A stretch of 64,000 bases of DNA, from positions 768,001 through 832,000 of the forward strand of contig OZ251997.1 of assembly GCA_965247095.1 (NCBI GenBank). The letters run 5' to 3'. Shown here piece after piece: positions 39,629 through 48,836 of this stretch (positions within the stretch are counted from its first letter, which is position 1; each line of letters begins with the position of its first letter). Both the position numbers and the translations under genes were made by a program. This DNA comes from Candidatus Multivorans sp. Its GTDB lineage: Bacteria; Acidobacteriota; Thermoanaerobaculia; Multivoradales; Multivoraceae. Under the pieces are notes generated by a model. That model worked only from the letters and a program-made list of their open reading frames with translations. It did not search any database and had not been told where the DNA came from.

Positions 39629-40989
39629 CAGGGACTGCCGGCGCCCGTCGAGACGCCGAGCGCCGCCAAACGCCTCGCAGGCTCGGAGTTTGGCCCCAGC
39701 CCCCACCTCCCTGGCACTCGGCGCGTCTCCACTTCACTTGTGTGCGTTTCCGCCGCGCCGACTCCCAGGTTGACCGGCTGCGGAACCGCCGGCAGCGCCC
39801 CCTGGTGGGGGCCGAGATCGGTGGTCACGTTCGGCTGACCGCCGGCCAACACGGATCCGAGATCGAGGTTCACGAAGTCCGCGTCTCCGTTGTTCTCGAT
39901 GTACAGGCGGAGTTCGTCCGGCACCGCGCCGTCGACCAGCTTGTCCGGGTTCACAACACCGTCCCACACGATGTCCGGGAAGGCGCCTCCGGCGAGGGCG
40001 ACGAACGCGTCCGCGAAGGCGCCGTTCGGGCTCTCGCCGCCGCCGACGAACTCGTTGTTGTGGATGTAGACGCCTTCGGTGTACGGGTCGTAGCCGGGGT
40101 CGTTGTAGGTGCGCCCGGTGGAGAGGTACGAGATCACCGCCAGGTTCGAGTTCTGGTTGTTGTGGATCCGGTTTCCGAACAGTTCGACATTGTCGCTGGC
40201 CATGACGATGACCCCCGAGCCGGCCGGAATCGTGGAGACGATCGCTCCCTCCTTGCCGAAGTTGGGCAGGTTGTTGTCGGCGATCTCGTTGTCGTAGACG
40301 CGCGCGTCGCGGCCGTCCTTGACCGGAAGCTCGGGCAGGGAGAAGACGAGCAGGCCGCCGGTGTTGCCGTGGGCCCGGTTTTCGTAGACGTCCGCGCCGG
40401 TGGTGTTCTCGATCTCGATGCCGGCCACGTTCTCCCAGACCTCGTTGCGCCGGACGACGACGTTGGCGGACTGGCCGACGTAGATGCCGGCGTCCGAGGC
40501 GCCGCGTACACGGCTGTCCTCGATCAGGACGTTCGTCACCTGAACGGGGTAGAGACCGTAGGCGCCGTTGTTCGTGTCCGGTCCGTTCGTCCACTCGACC
40601 CGCACGCTGCGGAAGGCGGCGCCGGTGGTGCCCTCGACCTTGATGCCGTCGCCGCGCGTGTTCTCGACCGCGAGGTTCTCGACCGTGAAGTCGTCGGCCG
40701 TCACCAGGACCCCCTCGCCGCCGGTGCCCGGCGCCTGGCCGGCGAAGTCCAGGATGGTCTCGTCCATTCCCTGGCCGCGCAGCGTCACGCCCTCGACGTC
40801 GAGGGACAGGGTGGCGTCGAGCACGAAACGGCCGGCGCCGAGCTCGATGACCGCACCTGGCTCCGCGACGAGCAGCGCCTCCTGCAACGTCTTGTGGTCG
40901 TTGGCGCCAGGGCGGAGAGGTCCGTCCTGTTCGGCGCAGGCGACCAGAGCGAGCGCGGCGGCGGCCACGCAGAGATACTGTTTCTTCAT
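39628..40989 (-). CDS. Parallel beta-helix repeat lipoprotein
   Basis: LVAC lipobox, GAYGLYPV, GASDAGIYVGQS, NVAGIEIEN; coupled to the diheme gene. Confidence 0.9.
   Translation of the reverse strand: MKKQYLCVAAAALALVACAEQDGPLRPGANDHKTLQEALLVAEPGAVIELGAGRFVLDATLSLDVEGVTLRGQGMDETILDFAGQAPGTGGEGVLVTADDFTVENLAVENTRGDGIKVEGTTGAAFRSVRVEWTNGPDTNNGAYGLYPVQVTNVLIEDSRVRGASDAGIYVGQSANVVVRRNEVWENVAGIEIENTTGADVYENRAHGNTGGLLVFSLPELPVKDGRDARVYDNEIADNNLPNFGKEGAIVSTIPAGSGVIVMASDNVELFGNRIHNNQNSNLAVISYLSTGRTYNDPGYDPYTEGVYIHNNEFVGGGESPNGAFADAFVALAGGAFPDIVWDGVVNPDKLVDGAVPDELRLYIENNGDADFVNLDLGSVLAGGQPNVTTDLGPHQGALPAVPQPVNLGVGAAETHTSEVETRRVPGRWGLGPNSEPARRLAALGVSTGAGSP
39662..39769 (-). repeat. Two-hairpin structured element, copy B (in frame in the beta-helix gene 3' end)
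   Basis: CCTGG..TCGGCGCG/CGCGCCGA..CCAGG hairpin, GAGGTGGGGGCTGGG, GCCAAAC..GAGCCTGCGA..GTTTGGC. Confidence 0.8.
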
Positions 40990-41108
40990 GGGTTGGGAGG
41001 GTCTCCGGTTGGTCGTTGGCGGTCGTCGAAGAGGTCGAAGCAACCGCGTCAGAGCGGCGCGGGCGCCGGTTGTCCGGCGCTGCGCGCTGGCTCGATCATG
41101 CCATCATA

Positions 41109-41150
41109 GTCCTGTCTCCGGGTCTGCAAGGCTGGTTTCGGAGACAGGAC
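41109..41150. repeat. Perfect 12-bp inverted repeat in a divergent intergenic region
   Basis: GTCCTGTCTCCG - 18 nt - CGGAGACAGGAC. Confidence 0.75.
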
Positions 41151-41182
41151 CTAGTGTCCTAACCCCAGCAACAGGAGAAGTC

Positions 41183-41731
41183 ATGCAGGAAGAGTCGCTG
41201 AGGCCGAGGACCGGCGCCGGCAGCGCGGCGGCCGGACGGAACGCTCGATCGGTCGTTCTGTGGGTGACCGCGTGCGCCGTCATCTGCATGGCGGGGATCG
41301 CCGGTGCTCAGGACGACGCGCCCGTTCCCGAGCCGGTGCCGATCGGCACGATGAGCGAGCTTATGGTCAAGCTCATGTACCCGGCTTCCGACGCGATCAT
41401 CTACGTGGAGAGCCGGGCGCCGACCAACGAGGTCGAGTGGAACGAACTGCAGGCGCAGGCGCTGCTCCTGGCCGAGTCGGCCAACCTGATCATGATGCCG
41501 AGCCGCGTGGTCGGCGACCGCGACCAGTGGATGCGGGACGCCCGGTTGATGTTCGATGCCGGAGCGGCCGCTTACGAGGCGGCCCTCGACCAGGATCTGG
41601 ACGCGCTGATCGCCCTGAACGAGCAGGTCTACATGTCCTGCGTGGTGTGCCACCGGCGCACCCGGCCCGCCTACGGGCGGAACTACAAGCGCTTCGACGA
41701 GCAGGCGACCGAAGAACCGCGGGTTCCCTAG
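41183..41731 (+). CDS. Cytochrome c'-like (class II) exported protein
   Basis: Signal-like N-terminus, helical body, C-terminal CVVCH; AGGAG RBS. Confidence 0.78.
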   Translation: MQEESLRPRTGAGSAAAGRNARSVVLWVTACAVICMAGIAGAQDDAPVPEPVPIGTMSELMVKLMYPASDAIIYVESRAPTNEVEWNELQAQALLLAESANLIMMPSRVVGDRDQWMRDARLMFDAGAAAYEAALDQDLDALIALNEQVYMSCVVCHRRTRPAYGRNYKRFDEQATEEPRVP

Positions 41732-41815
41732 TCCGCTGCCCTACGGACCGCCGGCCCCGGACGGCCTGGAAACCGCTGCTACGATGGCTCGTTCATTTTC
41801 TGGAGACCCGATGTG

Positions 41816-42748
41816 ATGTTGATCGAAGTTCCGAGCCGTTCGGTGTGGTTCGCCGCGTTGCTGCTCGCTGCCGCGATCGTTCCGGCCACGGCCGGCGCCG
41901 ACGACTCGAACGCGGACGTGTGGGACCGTGTCGAGCACCACACGACAAAGAGCGGCGAGATCGACATCCACTACGTCACTCTGGGCGAGGGCAAGCCGGT
42001 TCTGTTCCTTCACGGCTTCCCGGACCTCTGGTACTCCTGGCGGCATCAGATGGCGGCGCTTGCGGGCGAGTTCCGCACCGCGGCGATGGATCTGCGCGGC
42101 TACAACCGGAGCGGTCAGCCGAAGCGGGTCGAGGACTACCTGATGCCGTTGATCCTGGGTGACGTGGCGGCCGTGATCGAGGCTCTCGGCGCGCCGGTGA
42201 CCCTGGTCGGCCACGACTGGGGCGGGGCCATCGCCTGGCGTTACGCCATGGCGAATCCGGAGCAGATCGAGCGCCTGGTCATCCTCAACCTGACCCATCC
42301 CCGGGGCTACGGGAACGTGATCGCGAACGCCACCGAGGCGCAGCGCCGGAACACGGAGTACGCCCGCGGCTTCGCGACTTCGAAGCCGGACGGCAGCCCG
42401 GTGCCGGAGGGTCTTCTGGGCCGCTACGAGAGCGAGGGCGAGAAGGTGGCCGGCCACTATCGGGAGGCCTTCTCGCGCTCCTACTGGGACGGCATGCTGA
42501 ACTACTACCGGGCCAACTACGGCCAGGTCGCGGGCGGTGGAGAGATGCCGAACCTGCAGATGCCCGTGCTCCAGCTCCACGGCCTGAAGGACACGGCGGT
42601 GGACAAGGACGGATTGAAGAACACCTGGGATTGGATCGACCGCGACTACACGCTGGTCACGGTGCCGTCGGTGGGCCACTGGGTCCAGTTGGAAGCGGCG
42701 GATCTGGTCTCGAACACGATGCGCGCCTGGCTGCTGGCCAGGGAGTGA
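41816..42748 (+). CDS. Alpha/beta hydrolase (epoxide hydrolase-like) with signal peptide
   Basis: LHGFPD, DLRGYN, GHDWGG, GHWVQ. Confidence 0.92.
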   Translation: MLIEVPSRSVWFAALLLAAAIVPATAGADDSNADVWDRVEHHTTKSGEIDIHYVTLGEGKPVLFLHGFPDLWYSWRHQMAALAGEFRTAAMDLRGYNRSGQPKRVEDYLMPLILGDVAAVIEALGAPVTLVGHDWGGAIAWRYAMANPEQIERLVILNLTHPRGYGNVIANATEAQRRNTEYARGFATSKPDGSPVPEGLLGRYESEGEKVAGHYREAFSRSYWDGMLNYYRANYGQVAGGGEMPNLQMPVLQLHGLKDTAVDKDGLKNTWDWIDRDYTLVTVPSVGHWVQLEAADLVSNTMRAWLLARE

Positions 42749-42774
42749 GCACACCAGGAAGGACAGGTCGAAGG

Positions 42775-43641
42775 ATGCACATGACCCGGTTACTGCGGCA
42801 ACCGTTGTTCCCTGTCGCGGCTACGCTGGCTGCGGTCTGTTTGATCCCGGCGTGCGCGCCTTCAGACGCCCCCGCGGATGACGCGGCGGGCGAGCAGGCG
42901 ATGGAGAGCGAGCCTGCCCGCGAGTACTACGAGATTCGCCGCTACCGCCTGGCCGACGAAGGCAGCCGGCAGACCGTCCTCGCCTACCTGGAGAACGCCC
43001 TGGCGCCTGCGCTCAACCGCGCCGGAATCGACCGGGTCGGCGTGTTCGGCGTCGAACCGCCGTCGGCAGAGGAAGAGTCCGTCGATCCCGTGGACGCACT
43101 GTCGTTGTGGGCGATCATCGCCTTTCCGAGCGTCGAGGACTTCGTGGGCATGAAGTCCACGCTGGAAGCCGACGCGGGCTACCTGGAGGCTGCGGCGCCG
43201 ATGTACGCCACGCCGACTCGGGCGCCGATCTACGAACGGGTCGAGAGCTGGTTCCTGCGCGCGTTCAAGGGCATGCCGGCGATGGAGCTGCCGCCCCAGA
43301 CCGCGGCAGGCGAAGACCGGATCTTCGAGCTCCGCCTGTACGAGAGCCACAACGAGGACACGGCGCGCCGCAAGGTCCACATGTTCGACAACGGCGAGAT
43401 CGACATCATGCGTGACGTCGACATGGCGCCCCTCCTGTACGGCGAACTCCTGATCGGCGCCAATGTGCCGGCCCTCGTCTACATCCTGTCGGCGCCGGAC
43501 ATGGAATCGCACCGGGAGCACTGGCAGGCGTTCCTCGCCCACCCGGAGTGGGTGAGGATGCGCGACATGGAGATGTACGAGGGGACCGTCTCGGGGATCG
43601 AGAACGTCTTCCTCCGGCCGACCGCCTTCTCCCAGATCTGA
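42775..43641 (+). CDS. NIPSNAP family lipoprotein
   Basis: IPAC lipobox, YYEIRRY and IFELRLYES repeats, FLRPTAFSQI. Confidence 0.85.
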   Translation: MHMTRLLRQPLFPVAATLAAVCLIPACAPSDAPADDAAGEQAMESEPAREYYEIRRYRLADEGSRQTVLAYLENALAPALNRAGIDRVGVFGVEPPSAEEESVDPVDALSLWAIIAFPSVEDFVGMKSTLEADAGYLEAAAPMYATPTRAPIYERVESWFLRAFKGMPAMELPPQTAAGEDRIFELRLYESHNEDTARRKVHMFDNGEIDIMRDVDMAPLLYGELLIGANVPALVYILSAPDMESHREHWQAFLAHPEWVRMRDMEMYEGTVSGIENVFLRPTAFSQI

Positions 43642-43749
43642 AACGTCGGCGGCACCGGTCCGGGCGGCGCCGCGCGGAGCGGCGCCAGCTTGCATGGAAC
43701 AAGCCATGTTCCTGTGCGTCAGCGCGGCGCGGACGCCGCGACTCGACTC

Positions 43750-44334
43750 CTAGTCGGTCCCGTCCTGGGCAGCGGCCTCCGCTGCGCTGCCGGGCCAGCG
43801 CACCCAGTAGCCGTCGGCCCAGACCAGATCCTGGTCGAAGTCGGTGCCCGGGAAGGCGCGGATCTCGTAGCTGGAATCCGGTTGCGCGGTGGTCGAGCCG
43901 TCGCGGCCGCCGCTCCAGATGCCAAGGACCTGGGTGCTAAGCAGCTTGTCCGAACCCGCGAAACCGTACCGGTAGGGGTGGTTCCAGCCGTCGCGTTCGG
44001 GCACGTTTTGCATGTAGAAGAAGGTGTTCGACGGCCTGAGCAGGGCGGCCAGGTCGGCATGAGCGAAATCGGGGTAGGTGAACTCGCTCCAAGTGAAGGT
44101 GGCGGTCGTGCTCGAGCCGGCTGCGGCGGCACTGACCTGGTCGGTGAGCCACTGCATCCAGGCGGTGCCGACGCTCTTCATGTCGGCCTGGGTCCGGGTC
44201 TGGTTCGCGTTCTGAAGTCCGGTCATGAGGTTCGGCACCAGCAACGCGGAGATGATGCCGATGATCGCCACGACGATCAGCAGTTCGATCAGTGTGAATC
44301 CGCCTTCGCGGGAAGGGGAGCGCGCTCCAGTCAT
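43750..44334 (-). CDS. Prepilin-type (GspG/PulG-like) pseudopilin
   Basis: GFTLIELLIVVAIIGII cleavage/methylation motif, DGWNHPYRY, SGGRDG. Confidence 0.9.
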   Translation of the reverse strand: MTGARSPSREGGFTLIELLIVVAIIGIISALLVPNLMTGLQNANQTRTQADMKSVGTAWMQWLTDQVSAAAAGSSTTATFTWSEFTYPDFAHADLAALLRPSNTFFYMQNVPERDGWNHPYRYGFAGSDKLLSTQVLGIWSGGRDGSTTAQPDSSYEIRAFPGTDFDQDLVWADGYWVRWPGSAAEAAAQDGTD

Positions 44335-44401
44335 TCTTCGTGCTCCTTGGCTGTGTTCGTTGGTTCGGCCGCGCGGGACCAGGGCATGTCGCCGGCGGCC
44401 T

Positions 44402-44440
44402 ACAGGATGATACGGGGCGGGCGCCCGGAACGTCCAAGTG
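44402..44440 (-). promoter_or_regulatory. Sigma70-like promoter, copy 1 (upstream of the pseudopilin gene)
   Basis: TGGACG-18 nt-TATCAT; near-identical to 47954-47992. Confidence 0.55.
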
Positions 44441-44441
44441 A

Positions 44442-47400
44442 CTAGGGCCGGCAACCTTCCGGGAAGGCCGTGCTGTCGGTGATCGCGGCCGCCGGTGTGC
44501 CCGGTTCGTTGCGGTACTCCCTTACCGCACCAGTCGCCGTGTCGGTCACCTGGATCGTGTAGCCGAGGTCGGTCGTCGAGGCGCCGAAGACCCATACGTG
44601 GCCGTTCAGGGCGCAGCCGTCGAGCACCTTGATCAGGACCTCCCAGTTTTCCGGGTCGAAGAACCCGAACAGCCCGGAGTCGTTGGTGCCGGCGTGGACG
44701 ACGCTGCCGCTGCCGGCCACGCCGTCGGCCCGCCACCAGTCCACCGTGACCGAGTAGCGCGAATCCAGCAGGCAGCGTGTGCTGGCGTCCGCAACGCACG
44801 TCCCGGCAGGCGCCGCGGCCTCGACCAGGAAGGTCAGCGACGCGGTCGATTCGACGGCGCCGTCGCCGACCCGCAGAGTGACTTCGTAGAAGCCGGGCTT
44901 GGCCCAGGCGTGGCGGGCGGTCCTGGTCCGCGCCGCCGAGTCGTCGCCGAAGTCCCAGGTGCGGAGGCGCACCCTGCCGGAACTCGTGTCTTCGAACGAC
45001 ACGGGGTCGCCGGTGAGAGCACCGCACAGGCCGTCTTCGCAGACGGCGTCCACCATGAAACTCGCCTTCGGCGGCCCAAGTTCCGGTTCGAGTTCCGGTT
45101 CGGGATCCGGCGGCGGCGGCGGTTGCGGCGGCGGGTCAACCTGCTCGTCATCGTCGGCAATCGTCCCCGTCGCTGTCAAGGTGGTCTCGCCGCCCGCCAG
45201 GGCTGCGTTCGTCGCGTTGTGAAAGCGGACCACGAACGTCTCGATGTCGGCCTCGGCGATGTCGTCGTTGACGATCGGGACGCGAATCGTCTGCGGGGTC
45301 GCACTGTTCGACGGGAAGGTCAGCGTGCCGCTCCGCGGCGTGTAGTCTTGCCATGCCGTGGCCGTCCCGTCCGCCGTGTCATAGTCCACGGTCACTTCCT
45401 CGCTGATCGCCGCTCCCAGCTCGACCTCGAACAGCATCTCCACGTCGGTCTCAGCCGCCTGCTCGCTCTTCACCATGAGCATTGCCGGCAGATTCAGCGG
45501 GATCTCCAGGTCCGCCTCGGGTTCGCGATACGCCCTGAACGTCAGGTAGCGATCCGAGCCCGACCAGGCACTGACGCGCAACAACTCGGCGCCGGAAGAG
45601 TCCACCTCGCTGAGGGCAATGGAGCGTTCCTGCACGCTCAGGCCGGGATCCTCGTAGAGCAGGTAGCCCCAGGTGAACAGCCAATTCCCGTTCTCCAATA
45701 TGTCTACGGAGCCGGTGAACGGGGCATAGCCGTACCTGCGGTCCAGAAGAAACTCGCGGCGAAACACGGCCGTGCCGGAGGCTGGGTCGATGTCGTACTC
45801 CACCACTCTGGAAAATGCCGGGAGGTCGCTTCGCTTCGGCGAGTCGGTGGACTCGTCGAGTTCCGCGGACAGGCAGTTCACGCCGTTGTCGAACAGCACC
45901 ACCGTGCCCGCATCGGTCTCCGTTGCATGGTGCTGCCGGCAGAATTCATTCCTGCCGTTCTCGTCGCCGCTGATCGACAGGAAGGCGCGGTCGTCGGGGA
46001 ACGTGCCGGCCAGGTCGGTACCGCCGAGTTGCCAGACCAGGTCGGTTCCGTCAACTGTCATCGACTTGGCAGACCGGTTGATCCTCGCGACCTGGGCGCA
46101 ACCCCTGGATGAGATGACGACATCTCCTTCGATCAAGGTGAGGGAGTTGATGTGCGCGGAAATGCCCTGGCCTAGGCCCAAGCCCAAGTCGTACCCCAGA
46201 CAGTCAGGATCGATCGTCAGATGGTCCCATGAACTCCAACTCCACACCGTGGTTCCGGTCGGGGAGACCTCTTCGATGATGTTCTCGAAGGTATCGGGCA
46301 CATTGCCGTCCCCCAAGTCCCGGGACACGGTCCTGCGGGAGGAGAACAGGAAGGTGCCGTCCGATGTGATCAGAAAATCATGCGCGTTGGTTTCGTGCTG
46401 CGGGCGCGTCGTTTCCACGCTCTTGATGTCCTCGAAGGACCTATCGAGCAGGACGTGCCTGCCGTTAAACGACCCGAGGTAGTGCGTGACCGAGTACTGC
46501 ACTTGCCGGCCGTCGACCACAAGATCGGTGCTGTGGCGGCGGAAGTTCATCGGAGTCGCGGTCGCGAGGAAGGAGTCTCTGACGAATCTGGGCACGCCGT
46601 TGTTGTCCATGATGGCCATGAAGGCCGGAACGCGAGGGAATGACTGCCGCTGAGGAGTGAAGAGAATCAGTCCATCCGACACGCCAGCCTGCTTCCTGGT
46701 GATCTTGATGTTGGGAAAGGCCGGCGGGATGCAGTGGACGACATAGAGCACCGATTCATCGCCGCTACTGAGTCCGATAGCGACATCATGGTCGCTGTTG
46801 ACCAAGACGTTCTTGTCCAGGCTCATGCCCGGTACCGGGATGTGGTTCAGTGTCAGTTCGTGCGAGCCGTCTCGCGCGGTTGCCGTCACATGGAGGCTGG
46901 CGTCGTTCGGACAACGAATGGCGTAGTGATGCACCCGGGGATTGAAGACCGGGTACATCGTCTCGGCGCCGTGCGTGACGGCGAGGGCGCTCAGCTCCAG
47001 ATTCGCCGGGTCCGGTGCGTCGTCGTCAGTGACAGTCACCTCGGCGGTGGTAAGGCTGCCTGAGTTTACTCCCGTCGGCAACGTGCTGCCAAAGGACAAC
47101 GTGAAGGTCTCGTCCGCGCTTTCGACCACCGAATCGTCAAGCGTGACGAAGTTGATGGGCTGCTGCGTCTCGCCCGCATCGAACGTGACGCTGCCGGGTA
47201 TCGAATAGTCGCTCGCGGCAGCAGGGGACGCTTCGATTGGAATCGTCACGGTGCGTTGGGGGTCGACGTCCAGCGTTACCATCACGTCCACGGTCCAGCC
47301 CTCGGCGACGGTGTAGGTCGCCGCACCGAACGAGACCGCCACCGTTGGATCGACTACGGAGCGGGCGTCGCCGAAGTACGCCGGTGAGGTTTGAGCCGAG

Positions 47401-47462
47401 ACGCTTTACCCGACCATGGCCAGCACCGCTCCCAGCAGTACGCGCCCTGCACGAGACCGCAT
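44442..47462 (-). pseudogene. Arylsulfotransferase-like multidomain protein (Calx-beta-like, ASST, Calx-beta, PKD, conserved C-terminal domain); in-frame TAA in its signal peptide
   Basis: NAHDF, WSSWDH, AHINSL, RQHHA, LFDNG ASST motifs; leader MRSRAGRVLLGAVLAMVG*SVSAQ with TAA at 47406-47408; 44442-47342 is still open. Confidence 0.7.
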
Positions 47463-47489
47463 CGCTGCGTTCACCGTCACGGCCATGGC

Positions 47490-47790
47490 CGTCGTTTCCG
47501 TAGTCGGGCGCTTCGAGGAAGGCGAGGTTGTCCGCCTCGCTGAGCTGAAACAGGGTGCCGTCGTCTTCGGCAGGATCCCTGATGCTCCAGGTCAGTGGAT
47601 CGTTTTCGCCGTCTGTCGCGGTGAGCGTGGCGACGGCAGTGCCGCCTTCGTCCAGGGTGAAACTCGAAGCGCTGGCGATCGTCGGCGCATTGTTCTGGGC
47701 AGCCGAGGGAGTGACCGGCGAGGCCGCGATGGCCAGGAGAGCCGTGATGACAGCGCCGGGGAGACGACGGACATACTTGACCAAGCGCAT
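47490..47790 (-). pseudogene. Signal peptide plus cadherin-like domain fragment
   Basis: MRLVK...SAAQ-NNAPTI..TLTATDGENDPLTWSI..APDY, then frame lost. Confidence 0.65.
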
Positions 47791-47892
47791 CCCGTCCCTG
47801 CAAACTGCACACGATTCCGAGGGGGTAATCGCCATGCGGCGTTAGGGGCCGGAACGATCACTTTTGCCATGCAGGAATGGTCGAACATGATC

Positions 47893-47939
47893 GGCGAACT
47901 CCCGAGGAAGTAGCCATCGTCGTCGCGGCCGAGCAGCAG
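47893..47939 (-). repeat. actE-like fragment in an intergenic region
   Basis: 39/47 ungapped identity (22-bp exact core) to 33426-33472; encodes LLLGRDDDGYFLGSSP vs ActE LLFGRDDDGYFLDGSP. Confidence 0.75.
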
Positions 47940-47953
47940 CTTCGTCGGGCCTC

Positions 47954-47992
47954 ACAGGATCATACGGGGCAGGCGCCCTGAAAGTCCAAGTG
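47954..47992 (-). promoter_or_regulatory. Sigma70-like promoter, copy 2
   Basis: TGGACT-18 nt-TATGAT; near-identical to 44402-44440. Confidence 0.55.
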
Positions 47993-48016
47993 GCGGGCCC
48001 GCCGCGGGGCGAACGG

Positions 48017-48800
48017 TCACCGCCTGCAGCCGCCGGGGAAGGCCGCGCCGTCGGTGATCGCGGGCGCCGGCAGCCCCGGCTCGTTCCGGTACTCCTGCAC
48101 CGTGCCCTCGCCGAACTCCCATCGCCGCGATGCGGCGGGACCCGTACTGGTATCCGCGAAGTCCACCTGCTCGCCGGTCAGGGCCCGGCAAAGCTCCCGG
48201 TCGCACTCGACGCCGTCACCTGAGCCGTTCGGCCCTCCGGTGCCTCGTAGCGCGAGGAACCGAACGCAACCTCCACTTCCGGATCCTCGTCCGGCGGCGG
48301 TGGCGACGGACCAATCCTTGTTGCTCTTGCCCAGCAGCCAGATCGGTTCACCTGTGCCGGGTGCGTAGTCGTCCGGGAAGAAGTGCTCCGTACAATCGTC
48401 GATGGCAAGGTGGTCCCACGAGTTCCAGGTCAGAAGCGCCGTTCCCTCCGCGGTTCTCTCCTGAATCGCCAAGTCACGCGGCGACTCCATCGTCGAGTAT
48501 AGCTCTCCGTTCGCATCCTGTAACCCACTCAGATCACCGGTGGCGGGCTCGTAGGCCATGAGGATGTAGTTTCCGTCTTCCTTGATCAGAAAGTCGTGGG
48601 CGCCTGTCCGGGTCGGCGGCGGGACAGTGCGCACGTCTGCCTGAACGACTTGGAGCATCTCGTTCAGGATGTTCCAGCGCCGGAACCGATGGAGACATCG
48701 GCGCCGTTGACGGCAATGACGACAGCCTCGGGTTCGCCCTCAGCCTGAGGTTCGAGTGGCGCCGCCCTCGCACCTCATAGCGTAGTAGCGTTGGCACTGG
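48017..48800 (-). pseudogene. Heavily deleted paralog of the arylsulfotransferase gene
   Basis: Fragments YYAMRC, GAHDFLI, WNSWDH, CRALTGEQV, EYRNEPG..AITD..AFP are collinear with 44442-47342. Confidence 0.8.
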
Positions 48801-48836
48801 CTCCGGGATCGGACGCGCCCGGCCGGCAAGGCTCTG

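Noticed and set aside
43645-43745. GC-rich nested hairpins between convergent genes as an ncRNA or terminator
   Set aside because: Single copy in the window, no U-tract and no covariation evidence; cannot be supported beyond a palindrome.
43750-45027. 425-aa ORF as the full pseudopilin
   Set aside because: The extension overlaps the arylsulfotransferase gene out of frame; the prepilin motif and AAGGAG RBS point to ATG 44334.
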